Positions 27,006 through 36,011 of a stretch of 64,000 bases of DNA are shown here, piece by piece. The stretch is from an uncultured Spirochaetaceae bacterium (GTDB lineage Bacteria; Spirochaetota; Spirochaetia; Sphaerochaetales; Sphaerochaetaceae): assembly GCA_944389075.1 (NCBI GenBank), contig CALXLA010000038.1, positions 23,560 to 87,559 on the forward strand, written 5' to 3'. Position 1 is the stretch's first letter, and every line of letters begins with the position of its first letter. The position numbers were made by a program, and so were the translations under genes. The notes beneath the pieces are model-generated. The model did no database searches and was not told where the DNA came from. It was given only the letters and a program-made list of their open reading frames with translations.

Positions 27006-27776
27006 ATGGCCAACGAAACAAATGATTTTCATGCAATAGCTGTGCTGATAGATGCTGACAACACCCAGCTTACGAAACTCGAACCTGTTCTCCACGAGCT
27101 TTCAGCCTATGGCAGGATAGTCGCCAAGAAAGCCTATGGGAACTGGAAGAAACCGAATCTTGCGAAATGGGAAGATGAGATCAAGAGACTTGCGATAAAG
27201 GCTGTGCAGCAGTTCGACTATGTATCTGGCAAGAACACGACCGATATCGCAATGGTGATAGATGCGATGGATCTGCTGCATAACGGCATGTACGATGCTG
27301 TCGCACTTGTCTCATCGGACAGTGATTTCACTCCCCTGGCTGTCAGGCTGAAGGAATCCGGGATATACGTAATCGGTGTCGGTGAGAAGAAGACGCCGGA
27401 AGCATTCTGCAATGCCTGCGATGATTTCATACTCATCGAATATCTCAATGGAGGCAAGGAGAAGACAAAGAAGAAAAAGGAGACTGAGCAGAAGGCACAG
27501 AAACCGGCTGAGCAGGAAACAGACTCGGATCTTCCGGATATCAACGAGATACACCTGCTTCTCAGGATCGCATATGACAAATACCGCGATGATGACGATT
27601 TCGTGAATGTCAGCATCGCAGGCACATATATAAAGCGCGTAAAACCGGAGTTCAATACCTTCCTGTATGGATTCGGCAAGCTCTCGGATCTCATAAAGGC
27701 ATTTCCTTATAAATATGAGACGAAGAGGGAGAAGCATGCGGGGAAAGCCGCTGTCGTCAGCTACAGGTGCATCTGA
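27006..27776 (+). CDS. NYN (LabA-like) domain protein with C-terminal OST-HTH/LOTUS domain
   Basis: IAVLIDADN...YGNW...VSSDSDFTPLAVRLKESG..VIGVG is the LabA/NYN pattern. A K/E-rich linker follows, then a LOTUS-like C-terminus (LLLRIAYDKY...FVNVSIAGTYIKRVKPEF). The ORF is also open from 26967. Confidence 0.75.
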   Translation: MANETNDFHAIAVLIDADNTQLTKLEPVLHELSAYGRIVAKKAYGNWKKPNLAKWEDEIKRLAIKAVQQFDYVSGKNTTDIAMVIDAMDLLHNGMYDAVALVSSDSDFTPLAVRLKESGIYVIGVGEKKTPEAFCNACDDFILIEYLNGGKEKTKKKKETEQKAQKPAEQETDSDLPDINEIHLLLRIAYDKYRDDDDFVNVSIAGTYIKRVKPEFNTFLYGFGKLSDLIKAFPYKYETKREKHAGKAAVVSYRCI

Positions 27777-29010
27777 TTCCCCTGATGTACTTCTCCTTGA
27801 CAGGAAGTTCTGAAGAACGGTAGACAGCCATCTCAAGACGCTCCTCGATTGAGTGACAGGAGGTCCTGAATCCTTCTGCCTCATCCAGAATGACTATATC
27901 CGCATCGAATCCGGGCTCAAATGATCCGACGGAGCCGAAGAAGCTTCCCCCTCCCTTTGAGGCAAGATAGAATACCTCGCTGAGGCCCAGAGGCTTTGCG
28001 CTATCATCCTGCAGTCTCCAGCGCATCTTCGACGCCTTCACCGCATCCTGCATGACTGTGAGCAACGAAAGCGATGATCCTCCTGCGACGTCTGTTGCGA
28101 GTCCCACGCTGAGGCCTTTATCGAGGAAGTGCCTTACAGGTGCTATTCCAGATGACAGATTGAGATTCGATGTAGGAGAATGGGCTATATAAGTGCCTCT
28201 AGCTTTGAGCAGATCGATCTCATCATCTGTCATCCAGACGCAATGGGCCATTATTGTCCTGTCCGTAAGAAGCGAGAAGCTGTCATAAGCGGAAGCATAG
28301 TCGCGCGCCCACGGGCAGAGCGATGCCACCCATTCAATCTCGCTCCTGTTCTCATCGAGGTGCGACTGTATGGGGATGGAAAGCCCGGAAGCAATTCTCC
28401 CCAGCTCCTTCAGAAGTCTGTCAGAGCACGAGGGGATGAATCGTGGTGTTATAATCGGCCTGATCGAGCTGTACGCACTGCTTCTTTCTATAAAGCTCCG
28501 TGTCGATGCTATCGATTCATCCGTATCCTCGACAAGCGAATCAGGGCTGTTCCTGTCCATATTCACCTTACCCACGTAGCCGTGGAATCCGGCTTTCCCG
28601 AGGATATCCATGAGAATCAGCGTCGAATCCTCATGTATGGTGCCGAAAGCGGAAAGCCTGGTAGTCGGAGTCTTCAGCAATGCCTCTGCAAATGAGCCAT
28701 ATGCCTCCCTTGCGAATCCTGTATCTGAGAATGCGGCTTCCGCAGGGAATGTATGCTTCTCAAGCCATTCAAGCAGTTCCTCGTCCATATGCATCCCCAT
28801 GAACACATATTGCGGAGCATGGATATGCAGATCCGAAAGGCCTGGGATGACAAGGCATCCGGATCTGTCAACAATATCAGCTGATGGCCTCTCAGAGGAA
28901 ACGGATGTTATCCTTCCATCGCTTACCGTGATATACCCATCATGCATTGTCATGAAAGAATCAGGCTTCTCAGTCCATATGAGATCGCCTTTTATCGCAA
29001 ATGATTCCAT
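27757..29010 (-). CDS. guaD: Amidohydrolase, guanine deaminase-like
   Basis: VIPGLSDLHIHAPQ, SHLDEN, HCVW and TDV.GG motifs of the guanine deaminase subfamily. SD AGGAGG upstream. Confidence 0.65.
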   Translation of the reverse strand: MESFAIKGDLIWTEKPDSFMTMHDGYITVSDGRITSVSSERPSADIVDRSGCLVIPGLSDLHIHAPQYVFMGMHMDEELLEWLEKHTFPAEAAFSDTGFAREAYGSFAEALLKTPTTRLSAFGTIHEDSTLILMDILGKAGFHGYVGKVNMDRNSPDSLVEDTDESIASTRSFIERSSAYSSIRPIITPRFIPSCSDRLLKELGRIASGLSIPIQSHLDENRSEIEWVASLCPWARDYASAYDSFSLLTDRTIMAHCVWMTDDEIDLLKARGTYIAHSPTSNLNLSSGIAPVRHFLDKGLSVGLATDVAGGSSLSLLTVMQDAVKASKMRWRLQDDSAKPLGLSEVFYLASKGGGSFFGSVGSFEPGFDADIVILDEAEGFRTSCHSIEERLEMAVYRSSELPVKEKYIRGIRCTCS

Positions 29011-29124
29011 AATGCCTCCTGACCGTAGCTGGCTGTTTCTGGCAGCCTGTAGAGACGCCTGACCATATCTCAGGCATATACGGAATACATAAATATGTTA
29101 TCATCGATTCAGCAGAGGTGTCAC

Positions 29125-29673
29125 ATGAAATGCAAAGATCCGCAGCAGACGAAGAAAGCGATGAAAGACGCGATGATTTCGCTTCTGCTCGAGAAGAAGT
29201 TCGAGGAAATATCGATAAAGGACATAACGGACAAGGCTGAGGTCCACAGAAGTACTTTCTATGCATACTACACATGCAAGGGAGATGTCATAGATGAGAT
29301 AGAGAAGGATTTCATCGATACTCTTCCCGTTTTCCAGTCTGCGAAGAAGGAGGACATCCTCTCATCCTTCTCCGAATTCGTCGAATTGATAAAGAGCAAC
29401 GTGAATATCGTGAGGGCGGTGCGCAACAGCGGGATCGCACCCACATTCGGCTCTGTGCTGGTATCGCGCGTGATGGAGCGCTATAAGCTCATCTTCCACG
29501 CGAACGACAAATGCCTTGAGGAAGCCGCATACATATTCTGCATCAACGGCATTCAGGGAATCATCAACAACTGGATCGACAAAGGATGCATAGAATCAAT
29601 CGATACGATTGCAAGCATATCGATCAGGCTGGCATTCAACACAGTAGGGCTCAGTTCGGATATCAGCGTGTGA
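29125..29673 (+). CDS. TetR/AcrR-family transcriptional regulator
   Basis: N-terminal HTH ISIKDITDKAEVHRSTFYAYY. SD GAGGTG fits the ATG at 29125; the ORF is open from 29095. Confidence 0.8.
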   Translation: MKCKDPQQTKKAMKDAMISLLLEKKFEEISIKDITDKAEVHRSTFYAYYTCKGDVIDEIEKDFIDTLPVFQSAKKEDILSSFSEFVELIKSNVNIVRAVRNSGIAPTFGSVLVSRVMERYKLIFHANDKCLEEAAYIFCINGIQGIINNWIDKGCIESIDTIASISIRLAFNTVGLSSDISV

Positions 29674-31861
29674 TGCGAAGGACATTCTCCCAGTCACTGT
29701 CATGAGAAGGAAGCTCCTTTCCGATTCCCACTCTGATAAGCGCAGTCACGGTCTCCCACCGGAAATCCTTATCCGCGAATAAGCTGATGAAATCCTCCTC
29801 CCCCATGCCGCAGCCATGATAGCTTTTCCGGAAGAAGGATCTTGCGGCATCCGGGGTGAAATGCCGCTGCATCACACTCTTCCTGAAGACAATCTCCGCT
29901 TCAGGGAAGACGCCGAGGACTGCATCCTCAAGTTCCTTCCTGCCCCATGATGTGAGAGGGTCAGAGTCGGTATAGATATTCTTCTCAGCATCAAGAAGCT
30001 GCTCCCTGAATTGTTCCGGAGCAAAGCCTGAAAGCCTTGATGACAGCGATGGAACGGATTCCATGAGAGTGACAATGCCATCACCTTCGAGATGTTCTCT
30101 GATCATAGGAAGGATATCCTTATCCTGATCAAGACGCGACAGTATGTTCTTTCCGGAGATCACGGAGAATCTCATGCCATCCTCAATATGAGAGAAGATA
30201 TCCTTATCGGGACATTCTATTATCTCTGGGCGAAGAATAAGCTCAAGTTCCGATGAGAAATGGGCAATGACCTCAGCCTCCTGTTTCGTTCTAACCGATG
30301 CGGCAGAGTATCCTTCAGGATTCATCTTCATCAGCGGCCACAGGAGAAGGCCGTGGGATGCATTGATCACCAGGATATTGGCATATCTCGGAATGGATAT
30401 CCCATCGTACAGCAGCCTTTCAAGCTTAAGCAGCTCCTCCGCCCGTCCGGACATAGCACGTTCCGCCCATCTGTCCCTGGCCTTTCCCCCGGGAGAGAAT
30501 GTAAGGTTCTCCACATAGCTTTCGGAAGCTGCTTCAAGCTGAGCCTCGCGCCTTATCTGGACATCATCGCGGATTCCCGCCTCATATCCTAGCGAGCCTG
30601 GCTTGTAGTACATCTTCCCCTGAAGCCCTGACGGCAGATACTGCTGTGCGACCCAGTGGTCCTTATATGAATGAGGATAGAGATAACCTTCCCCATGGCC
30701 AAAGCCGTTGCTGTCCCTCGATGGGTCTTTCAGATGATTTGGAACCTCATCATTCTTCTCCTTCTCGACATCGGAAAGCGCATCAAAGAACCCAAGCACG
30801 CTATTGCTTTTCGGAGCAGTCGCAAGATAGATCGCGGCATGTGCAAGATGGAAACGCCCTTCAGGAAGTCCTATCCTGTCGAAAGCCTCTGCGTCCGCAA
30901 CAGCGACCTGCACGGCATACGGATCGGCCATACCGACATCCTCTGATGCGAGGATGATCATCCTCCTGAAGATGAAGCGCGGGTCCTCCCCTGCCGCGAC
31001 CATGCGCGCAAGCCAGTAGAGAGCCGCATCCGGATCAGAGCCTCTGAGTGACTTTATGAAAGCGGATATGACATCAAAGTGATAGTCACCCTCCTTATCG
31101 TACAGCACCGCCTTCCTCTGGATCGACTCCTCGGCAGTCTCCTTTGATATATAGATCTCAGTGCCATCTGGAGGCGGGAAGCTATCCGGAGTTGTCTCGA
31201 CAGCAAGCTCGAGCGCATTCAGGAGAGATCGTGCATCGCCAGCCGCGACAGAGACGAGATGCTCAAGCGCCCCATCCTCAAACACAACGCGATACCTTCC
31301 ATAACCTCTTTCCTTATCAGAAATTGCCTGCATGGCTATCCTGATGAGGTCCTTTTCCTCAAGTTTCCTGAGCTGGAAGATCCTGCTTCTAGAGACAAGC
31401 GCGGCATTGACTTCGAAATATGGATTTTCCGTAGTAGCGCCAATGAGTATGAATGTACCGTTCTCGACCCATGGGAGGAGCGCATCCTGCTGGCTCTTGT
31501 TCCATCTGTGGACCTCATCGACGAAGAGAATCGTGCGCATGCCGAAATGGGACAGTCTCTCTCTTGCCCTGTCAATCTCCTCGCGAAGCTCCTTGACACC
31601 GGAAAGCACTGCATTGATTGTCGAGAAATGACTCTTGGTCGTATTGGCAATCACCCTTGCAAGCGTGGTCTTCCCCGTTCCCGGAGGTCCATAGAATATC
31701 ACGGAGGAAAGCTGGTCCGCCTGTATCGCCCTCCTGAGAAGCCTTCCCTTGCCAAGGATATGCTCCTGTCCGCAATATTCATCAAGGGTCCGTGGCCTCA
31801 TCCTTGCGGCAAGCGGTTCATTGCGAATGGCTGCTGCCGAGAAAAGATCGTCTTCCATCAT
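29663..31861 (-). CDS. rarA: Replication-associated recombination protein A (RarA/MgsA) fused to a roughly 290-aa C-terminal extension
   Basis: The first roughly 440 aa are colinear with RarA (MRPRTLDEY.GQ, GPPGTGKTT, FVDEVHRWNK, ALYWLARM, HLK..). This is followed by an extra domain with a Rossmann/methyltransferase-like strand pattern. Confidence 0.9.
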   Translation of the reverse strand: MMEDDLFSAAAIRNEPLAARMRPRTLDEYCGQEHILGKGRLLRRAIQADQLSSVIFYGPPGTGKTTLARVIANTTKSHFSTINAVLSGVKELREEIDRARERLSHFGMRTILFVDEVHRWNKSQQDALLPWVENGTFILIGATTENPYFEVNAALVSRSRIFQLRKLEEKDLIRIAMQAISDKERGYGRYRVVFEDGALEHLVSVAAGDARSLLNALELAVETTPDSFPPPDGTEIYISKETAEESIQRKAVLYDKEGDYHFDVISAFIKSLRGSDPDAALYWLARMVAAGEDPRFIFRRMIILASEDVGMADPYAVQVAVADAEAFDRIGLPEGRFHLAHAAIYLATAPKSNSVLGFFDALSDVEKEKNDEVPNHLKDPSRDSNGFGHGEGYLYPHSYKDHWVAQQYLPSGLQGKMYYKPGSLGYEAGIRDDVQIRREAQLEAASESYVENLTFSPGGKARDRWAERAMSGRAEELLKLERLLYDGISIPRYANILVINASHGLLLWPLMKMNPEGYSAASVRTKQEAEVIAHFSSELELILRPEIIECPDKDIFSHIEDGMRFSVISGKNILSRLDQDKDILPMIREHLEGDGIVTLMESVPSLSSRLSGFAPEQFREQLLDAEKNIYTDSDPLTSWGRKELEDAVLGVFPEAEIVFRKSVMQRHFTPDAARSFFRKSYHGCGMGEEDFISLFADKDFRWETVTALIRVGIGKELPSHDSDWENVLRITR

Positions 31862-32532
31862 CTGCTCCAGAATATAGAGTATACGGGATCAGAGAGGCTT
31901 TCAGGACTGTTCCTGACTTGCTTCTCAGCATCTCTGAGGATACTTTCCGCTTCCTGTCTGAGAATCTCGGCAAGAACATCGGCGGAAATAGGCTCTGCCT
32001 CTGCTATATCCGCATTATATCCTACTGTCTCAAGATTGATATATGCCTGCCTGATATCCTCAAAAACCGAGTGCGATGGAGAGAAAGCTTCCGCGAATCT
32101 CCCAGATGCACTCTCCACCACATCAGCATAGATATCTCCAACAGCGGCAATTGCCGCATCTGCAACTGCGGTATCGCCTTCAATAAGTGACTCTGGGTTG
32201 TCATTGATTATATCGGGAATCGCATCAGACAGCCTTGAATAGACTTCTGGAAGAAGCGATGTCAGAATATCAGCAACACTCTGGCAGTACTCCGAGGCCA
32301 AAGTCCCGTAAAGCGGAACATATGATGCATAGTTCCGATAAGATACCGGAAGAGAACCTGCGACTGTGCTTTCTGCTATTCTCTTCCCTGTTGCTATGTC
32401 CACCATATCGGCAGAGAGCGATTCCAGGGCATTCACCGCCTCATCGCGTGAAAAACTCCTGTCCCCTGAGGTTGTCTCACAGGAGAACAGGAGCATCAAT
32501 GATAAGATCAGTACTGAAGCGATCCTCAGCAA
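31858..32532 (-). CDS. Putative lipoprotein
   Basis: Signal peptide with lipobox MLRIASVLILSLMLLFSC. The rest is Ala/Glu/Ser-rich and looks helical. It overlaps sor (7 nt) and rarA (ATGA). Confidence 0.6.
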   Translation of the reverse strand: MLRIASVLILSLMLLFSCETTSGDRSFSRDEAVNALESLSADMVDIATGKRIAESTVAGSLPVSYRNYASYVPLYGTLASEYCQSVADILTSLLPEVYSRLSDAIPDIINDNPESLIEGDTAVADAAIAAVGDIYADVVESASGRFAEAFSPSHSVFEDIRQAYINLETVGYNADIAEAEPISADVLAEILRQEAESILRDAEKQVRNSPESLSDPVYSIFWSR

Positions 32533-32894
32533 TCTTTCTTCCAGAGGCCATGTAGATTGCAGTACTCATAAGCAGCCACTGCCTTGCCATTTGCAGCGAA
32601 CTCTGCTTCTGGCTTATCTGCAGGAGTAAGCTTCCTGACCTGGAATGAGCCCTCTTCCTCAAGCACGATGAAGCGGATGCTGTGCTCTTCAGTCATAGGA
32701 TGAGCGACAGAGCCGACCTTCACGCATACCTTTCCATTGTCTTTCTCGACAACAGGAACGTGCTTCTCGGCAGCAGCATCGACTGTATTTGCCTTAAGTT
32801 CCCTCATCTCCTTGCCGCAGCATGATGGAGTGCAAGTCCCTTTCTCGATTTCCATTACGATTTCACCGCATGTATCACACTTATAGAATGTCAT
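32526..32894 (-). CDS. dfx: Desulfoferrodoxin (2Fe superoxide reductase)
   Basis: 122 aa. Desulforedoxin-like N-terminus C.TCGE...PSCCG. SOR centre II ligands (EKHVP, HPM..EH, C..HG). SD AAGGAG upstream. Confidence 0.9.
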   Translation of the reverse strand: MTFYKCDTCGEIVMEIEKGTCTPSCCGKEMRELKANTVDAAAEKHVPVVEKDNGKVCVKVGSVAHPMTEEHSIRFIVLEEEGSFQVRKLTPADKPEAEFAANGKAVAAYEYCNLHGLWKKDC

Positions 32895-32903
32895 ATTCAG
32901 ATC

Positions 32904-32919
32904 TCCTTATATATAAGGA
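32904..32919. promoter_or_regulatory. 16-bp perfect palindrome TCCTTATATATAAGGA overlapping the sor Shine-Dalgarno
   Basis: Read directly from the sequence. The promoter-distal half is the AAGGA of the sor RBS. It could act as a DNA operator or as an SD-sequestering RNA hairpin. Confidence 0.3.
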
Positions 32920-33011
32920 TAAGCAGCTTAGCCGCCAACGGCAAGATGAAGCCGTGATTTCACCGCATAAGCATGGAATTTCCATTTTGTCAATAAAAAA
33001 GTTATCTTCAT

Positions 33012-33059
33012 GCAAAAATGTTTTTGCTTATTGCAAATTTATACATCGGATGTTAAGGT
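33012..33059 (+). promoter_or_regulatory. Candidate promoter and operator of the DUF3798-ABC operon
   Basis: Inverted repeat GCAAAAAtgTTTTTGC (33012-33027), immediately upstream of TTGCAA (33031-33036), 17 nt, then TAAGGT (33054-33059). Confidence 0.35.
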
Positions 33060-33095
33060 TTAAAAAATCTAATACACTACATTGGAGTGAGAGAT

Positions 33096-34307
33096 ATGAA
33101 GAAACTTCTTTCAGTTCTTATGGTTCTCGTTGTCTGTGTAGGATTTGCAGCTGCTGCAGATTACCACATCGGCATCGTAACAGGAACAGTATCGCAGTCA
33201 GAAGATGATCTCCGTGGTGCTGAGGCTCTCATCGCAGAGTATGGTGCAGTCGCTGATGGCGGCATCATCCAGCACATGACATATCCTGACAACTTCATGG
33301 AAGAGCAGGAGACAACAATCTCCGTTATCCGCGGCCTCGCAGATGATCCTCTCATGAAGGCTGTTATCGTAAATCAGGCAGTACCTGGCACAGCTGAGGC
33401 TTTCCGTCAGATCAAGGAAGTAAGGCCTGACATCCTCTGCTTCGCAGGCGAAGCACATGAGGAGCCATACCTCATCTCCGGATCTGCAGACCTCGTGACA
33501 TCAAACGACTTTGTCGCACGTGGCTACCTGATGATCAAGACAGCTCATGACCTCGGATGCGACACATTCGTGCACATCTCCTTCCCACGCCATCTCTCGA
33601 TGGAGAAGATGCAGAGAAGACTTGCAATCATGAGAGAGACTTGCAACCAGCTCGGAATGAGCTTCGTCATGGAGACAGCTCCGGACCCGACATCTGACGT
33701 TGGCATCGCAGGTGCTCAGCAGTACATCCTCGAGCAGACTCCGAACTGGATTGAGAGATATGGCGAGAACACTGCATTCTTCTGTACGAACGATGCACAT
33801 ACAGAGCCTCTTCTCAGACAGCTTATCGAGTACGGCGGATACTTCGTTGAAGCAGACCTCCCATCACCGCTCATGGGCTATCCTGGAGCTCTCGGCATCG
33901 ACCTCTCAGCAGAAGCTGGCGACTTCCCTGCAATCCTTGCAAAGGTTGAGGCTGCTATCGTCGAGAAGGGTGGCGCTGGCCGCTTCGGAACATGGGCATA
34001 CAGCTATGGCTACACAACAACAGCTGGCCTCGGCTCTCTTGCTATTGAAGCAGTAGAAGCTCAGATGAACGGCGAGGATTATGATATCCACTCAATCAGA
34101 AACATCAGCAAGAACTTCACGAAGTACACACCTGGTGCTAACTGGAATGGTTCCTACTACATGAACGCAGCTACACAGGAAACATACAGGAATTTCGTTC
34201 TGGTATATCAGGATACATACATCATGGGTGATCCAGGATACTACATGGGCAACACAGAGGTTGAGATTCCTGAGTGGTGCTTCACGATGACTGGAGCCAG
34301 TGTGTGA
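33096..34307 (+). CDS. DUF3798-type periplasmic substrate-binding protein (ABC transporter SBP)
   Basis: Signal peptide MKKLLSVLMVLVVCVGFAAA. YHIGIVTGTVSQSEDDLRGAE is the characteristic N-terminal block of DUF3798 (from memory). Followed by ABC ATPase and permease genes. Confidence 0.75.
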   Translation: MKKLLSVLMVLVVCVGFAAAADYHIGIVTGTVSQSEDDLRGAEALIAEYGAVADGGIIQHMTYPDNFMEEQETTISVIRGLADDPLMKAVIVNQAVPGTAEAFRQIKEVRPDILCFAGEAHEEPYLISGSADLVTSNDFVARGYLMIKTAHDLGCDTFVHISFPRHLSMEKMQRRLAIMRETCNQLGMSFVMETAPDPTSDVGIAGAQQYILEQTPNWIERYGENTAFFCTNDAHTEPLLRQLIEYGGYFVEADLPSPLMGYPGALGIDLSAEAGDFPAILAKVEAAIVEKGGAGRFGTWAYSYGYTTTAGLGSLAIEAVEAQMNGEDYDIHSIRNISKNFTKYTPGANWNGSYYMNAATQETYRNFVLVYQDTYIMGDPGYYMGNTEVEIPEWCFTMTGASV

Positions 34308-34348
34308 CAAACTTTCTCAAGCTCGCTACAATAGCAGTCTGAGATAAA

Positions 34349-34376
34349 GGGGAGGGCCTCCCTCCCCTCTCTTATT
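34349..34376 (+). terminator. GC-rich hairpin plus T-rich tail between the SBP and ATPase genes (partial terminator/attenuator)
   Basis: GGGGAGGG-cct-CCCTCCCC followed by TCTCTTATTGT. Confidence 0.5.
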
Positions 34377-34400
34377 GTAAAAATATATTGAGGAGTGTCG

Positions 34401-36011
34401 ATGAGCGAAATGACAAAGACCTTGCTTGAGATGCAGAATGTCAGCAAGGAGTACAATGGCAATCCTGTACTGAAAGATGTCAATTTCACGCTGAAGCAGG
34501 GAGAGGTGCTGGGACTAGTCGGTGAAAATGGAGCTGGCAAAAGCACTCTGATGAATATCCTATTCGGCATGGATGTCATTCAGCAGACAGGCGGCTATGG
34601 GGGAAAGGTTCTCATAGACGGAAAAGAAGTAAAGTTTGCATCTCCTTTGGATGCACTGAAAGCCGGTATCGGCATGGTACATCAGGAATTCTCGCTGCTT
34701 CCTGGCTTCACCGCAGCAGAGAATATACTCCTGAATCGCGAACCGCAGAATAAAAGCGTCCTCTCGCTTGTTTTCGGCGACAGGGCAAAGACGATAGATA
34801 GGAAAGAACTTCAGAAAGAAGCTATCGATGCGATTACCAAGCTCGGCGTAGAGCTTGATCCGGATATGCTTGTTTCGGAAATGCCTGTAGGACATAAGCA
34901 GTTCACAGAGATCTCCAGGGAGATTTCAAAGAGCGCGATCAGGCTGCTTGTCCTTGACGAGCCTACGGCTGTACTCACGGAAAAGGAAGCAGAGATGCTT
35001 CTGAAGGCAATCAGGAATCTCTCAAATCAGGGGATTTCCGTGATATTCATCACGCATCGCCTGCAGGAAATCCTTGATGTATGCTCAAAGGTCATCGTAA
35101 TGCGCGATGGACGTATCGTGAAGGAACTCGACGCACAGGCAACTTCAATCCAGGAAATGGCAAAGCTGATGGTCGGACGCGAAGTGAATACAAGCGGAAA
35201 TCACAGCGAAGCAACAGCAAGGAGAGCCATTTCGGAAAAGACCGTTCTTTCTGTCAGGAATCTCTGGGTGGACATGCCAGGTGAGACAGTAAGGGATGTC
35301 AATCTCGATATCCGTGAGGGCGAGATACTCGGAATCGGCGGCCTTGCAGGACAGGGAAAGCTTGGAATCCCAAATGGCATCATGGGACTCTTCCCTGCTG
35401 GAGGCAGCGTGAAGCTCAATGGCAACGAGATTCCTCTCAACAACCCGCGCGCATGTCTTGACTCATCGCTAGCCTTCGTATCTGAAGACAGAAGAGGCGT
35501 TGGACTGCTTCTCGATGAGTCCCTTGAATGGAATATCTCATTCCCAGCAATGCAGATCCAGAATAAGTTCCTGAAGAACTACCTTGGCGGTCTTATCAAG
35601 TGGAGAGACCAGGATGCGATCAAGGAAGTGACTGAGAAGTACATCGGGCAGCTGCAGATCAAGTGCACATCATCACTGCAGAAGGCGAAGGAGCTCTCCG
35701 GTGGAAACCAGCAGAAGATCTGTCTCGCAAAGGCATTTGCACTTGAGCCGAAACTTCTCTTCGTCTCTGAGCCTACACGCGGCATAGACATCGGTGCGAA
35801 GTCGCTTGTGCTGCAGGCGCTGAGGGAATACAACAGGGAAAACGGCGTAACAATCGTCATGATATCTTCAGAGCTGGAGGAGCTCAGGCAGATCTGCGAC
35901 AGGATCGCGATCATCACAGATGGCGCTGTCTCAGGTATCCTCCCGGCTGAGAGGCCAAGCGAGGACTTCGGAATCCTCATGGTAGGAAAATCCAAGAAGG
36001 AGGCTATGTGA
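34401..36011 (+). CDS. Sugar-type ABC transporter ATP-binding protein (duplicated ABC domains)
   Basis: Two ABC cassettes: GENGAGKST plus LLVLDEPT, then LSGGNQQK plus a second Walker B. SD GAGGAG precedes the ATG at 34401. Confidence 0.9.
   Translation: MSEMTKTLLEMQNVSKEYNGNPVLKDVNFTLKQGEVLGLVGENGAGKSTLMNILFGMDVIQQTGGYGGKVLIDGKEVKFASPLDALKAGIGMVHQEFSLLPGFTAAENILLNREPQNKSVLSLVFGDRAKTIDRKELQKEAIDAITKLGVELDPDMLVSEMPVGHKQFTEISREISKSAIRLLVLDEPTAVLTEKEAEMLLKAIRNLSNQGISVIFITHRLQEILDVCSKVIVMRDGRIVKELDAQATSIQEMAKLMVGREVNTSGNHSEATARRAISEKTVLSVRNLWVDMPGETVRDVNLDIREGEILGIGGLAGQGKLGIPNGIMGLFPAGGSVKLNGNEIPLNNPRACLDSSLAFVSEDRRGVGLLLDESLEWNISFPAMQIQNKFLKNYLGGLIKWRDQDAIKEVTEKYIGQLQIKCTSSLQKAKELSGGNQQKICLAKAFALEPKLLFVSEPTRGIDIGAKSLVLQALREYNRENGVTIVMISSELEELRQICDRIAIITDGAVSGILPAERPSEDFGILMVGKSKKEAM

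Noticed and set aside
27450-27540. Purine-rich AAG/GAG-rich stretch that looks like a tandem repeat.
   Set aside because: It is the in-frame K/E-rich linker (KEKTKKKKETEQKAQKPAEQETD) of the NYN-LOTUS protein. It is low complexity, not a true repeat unit.
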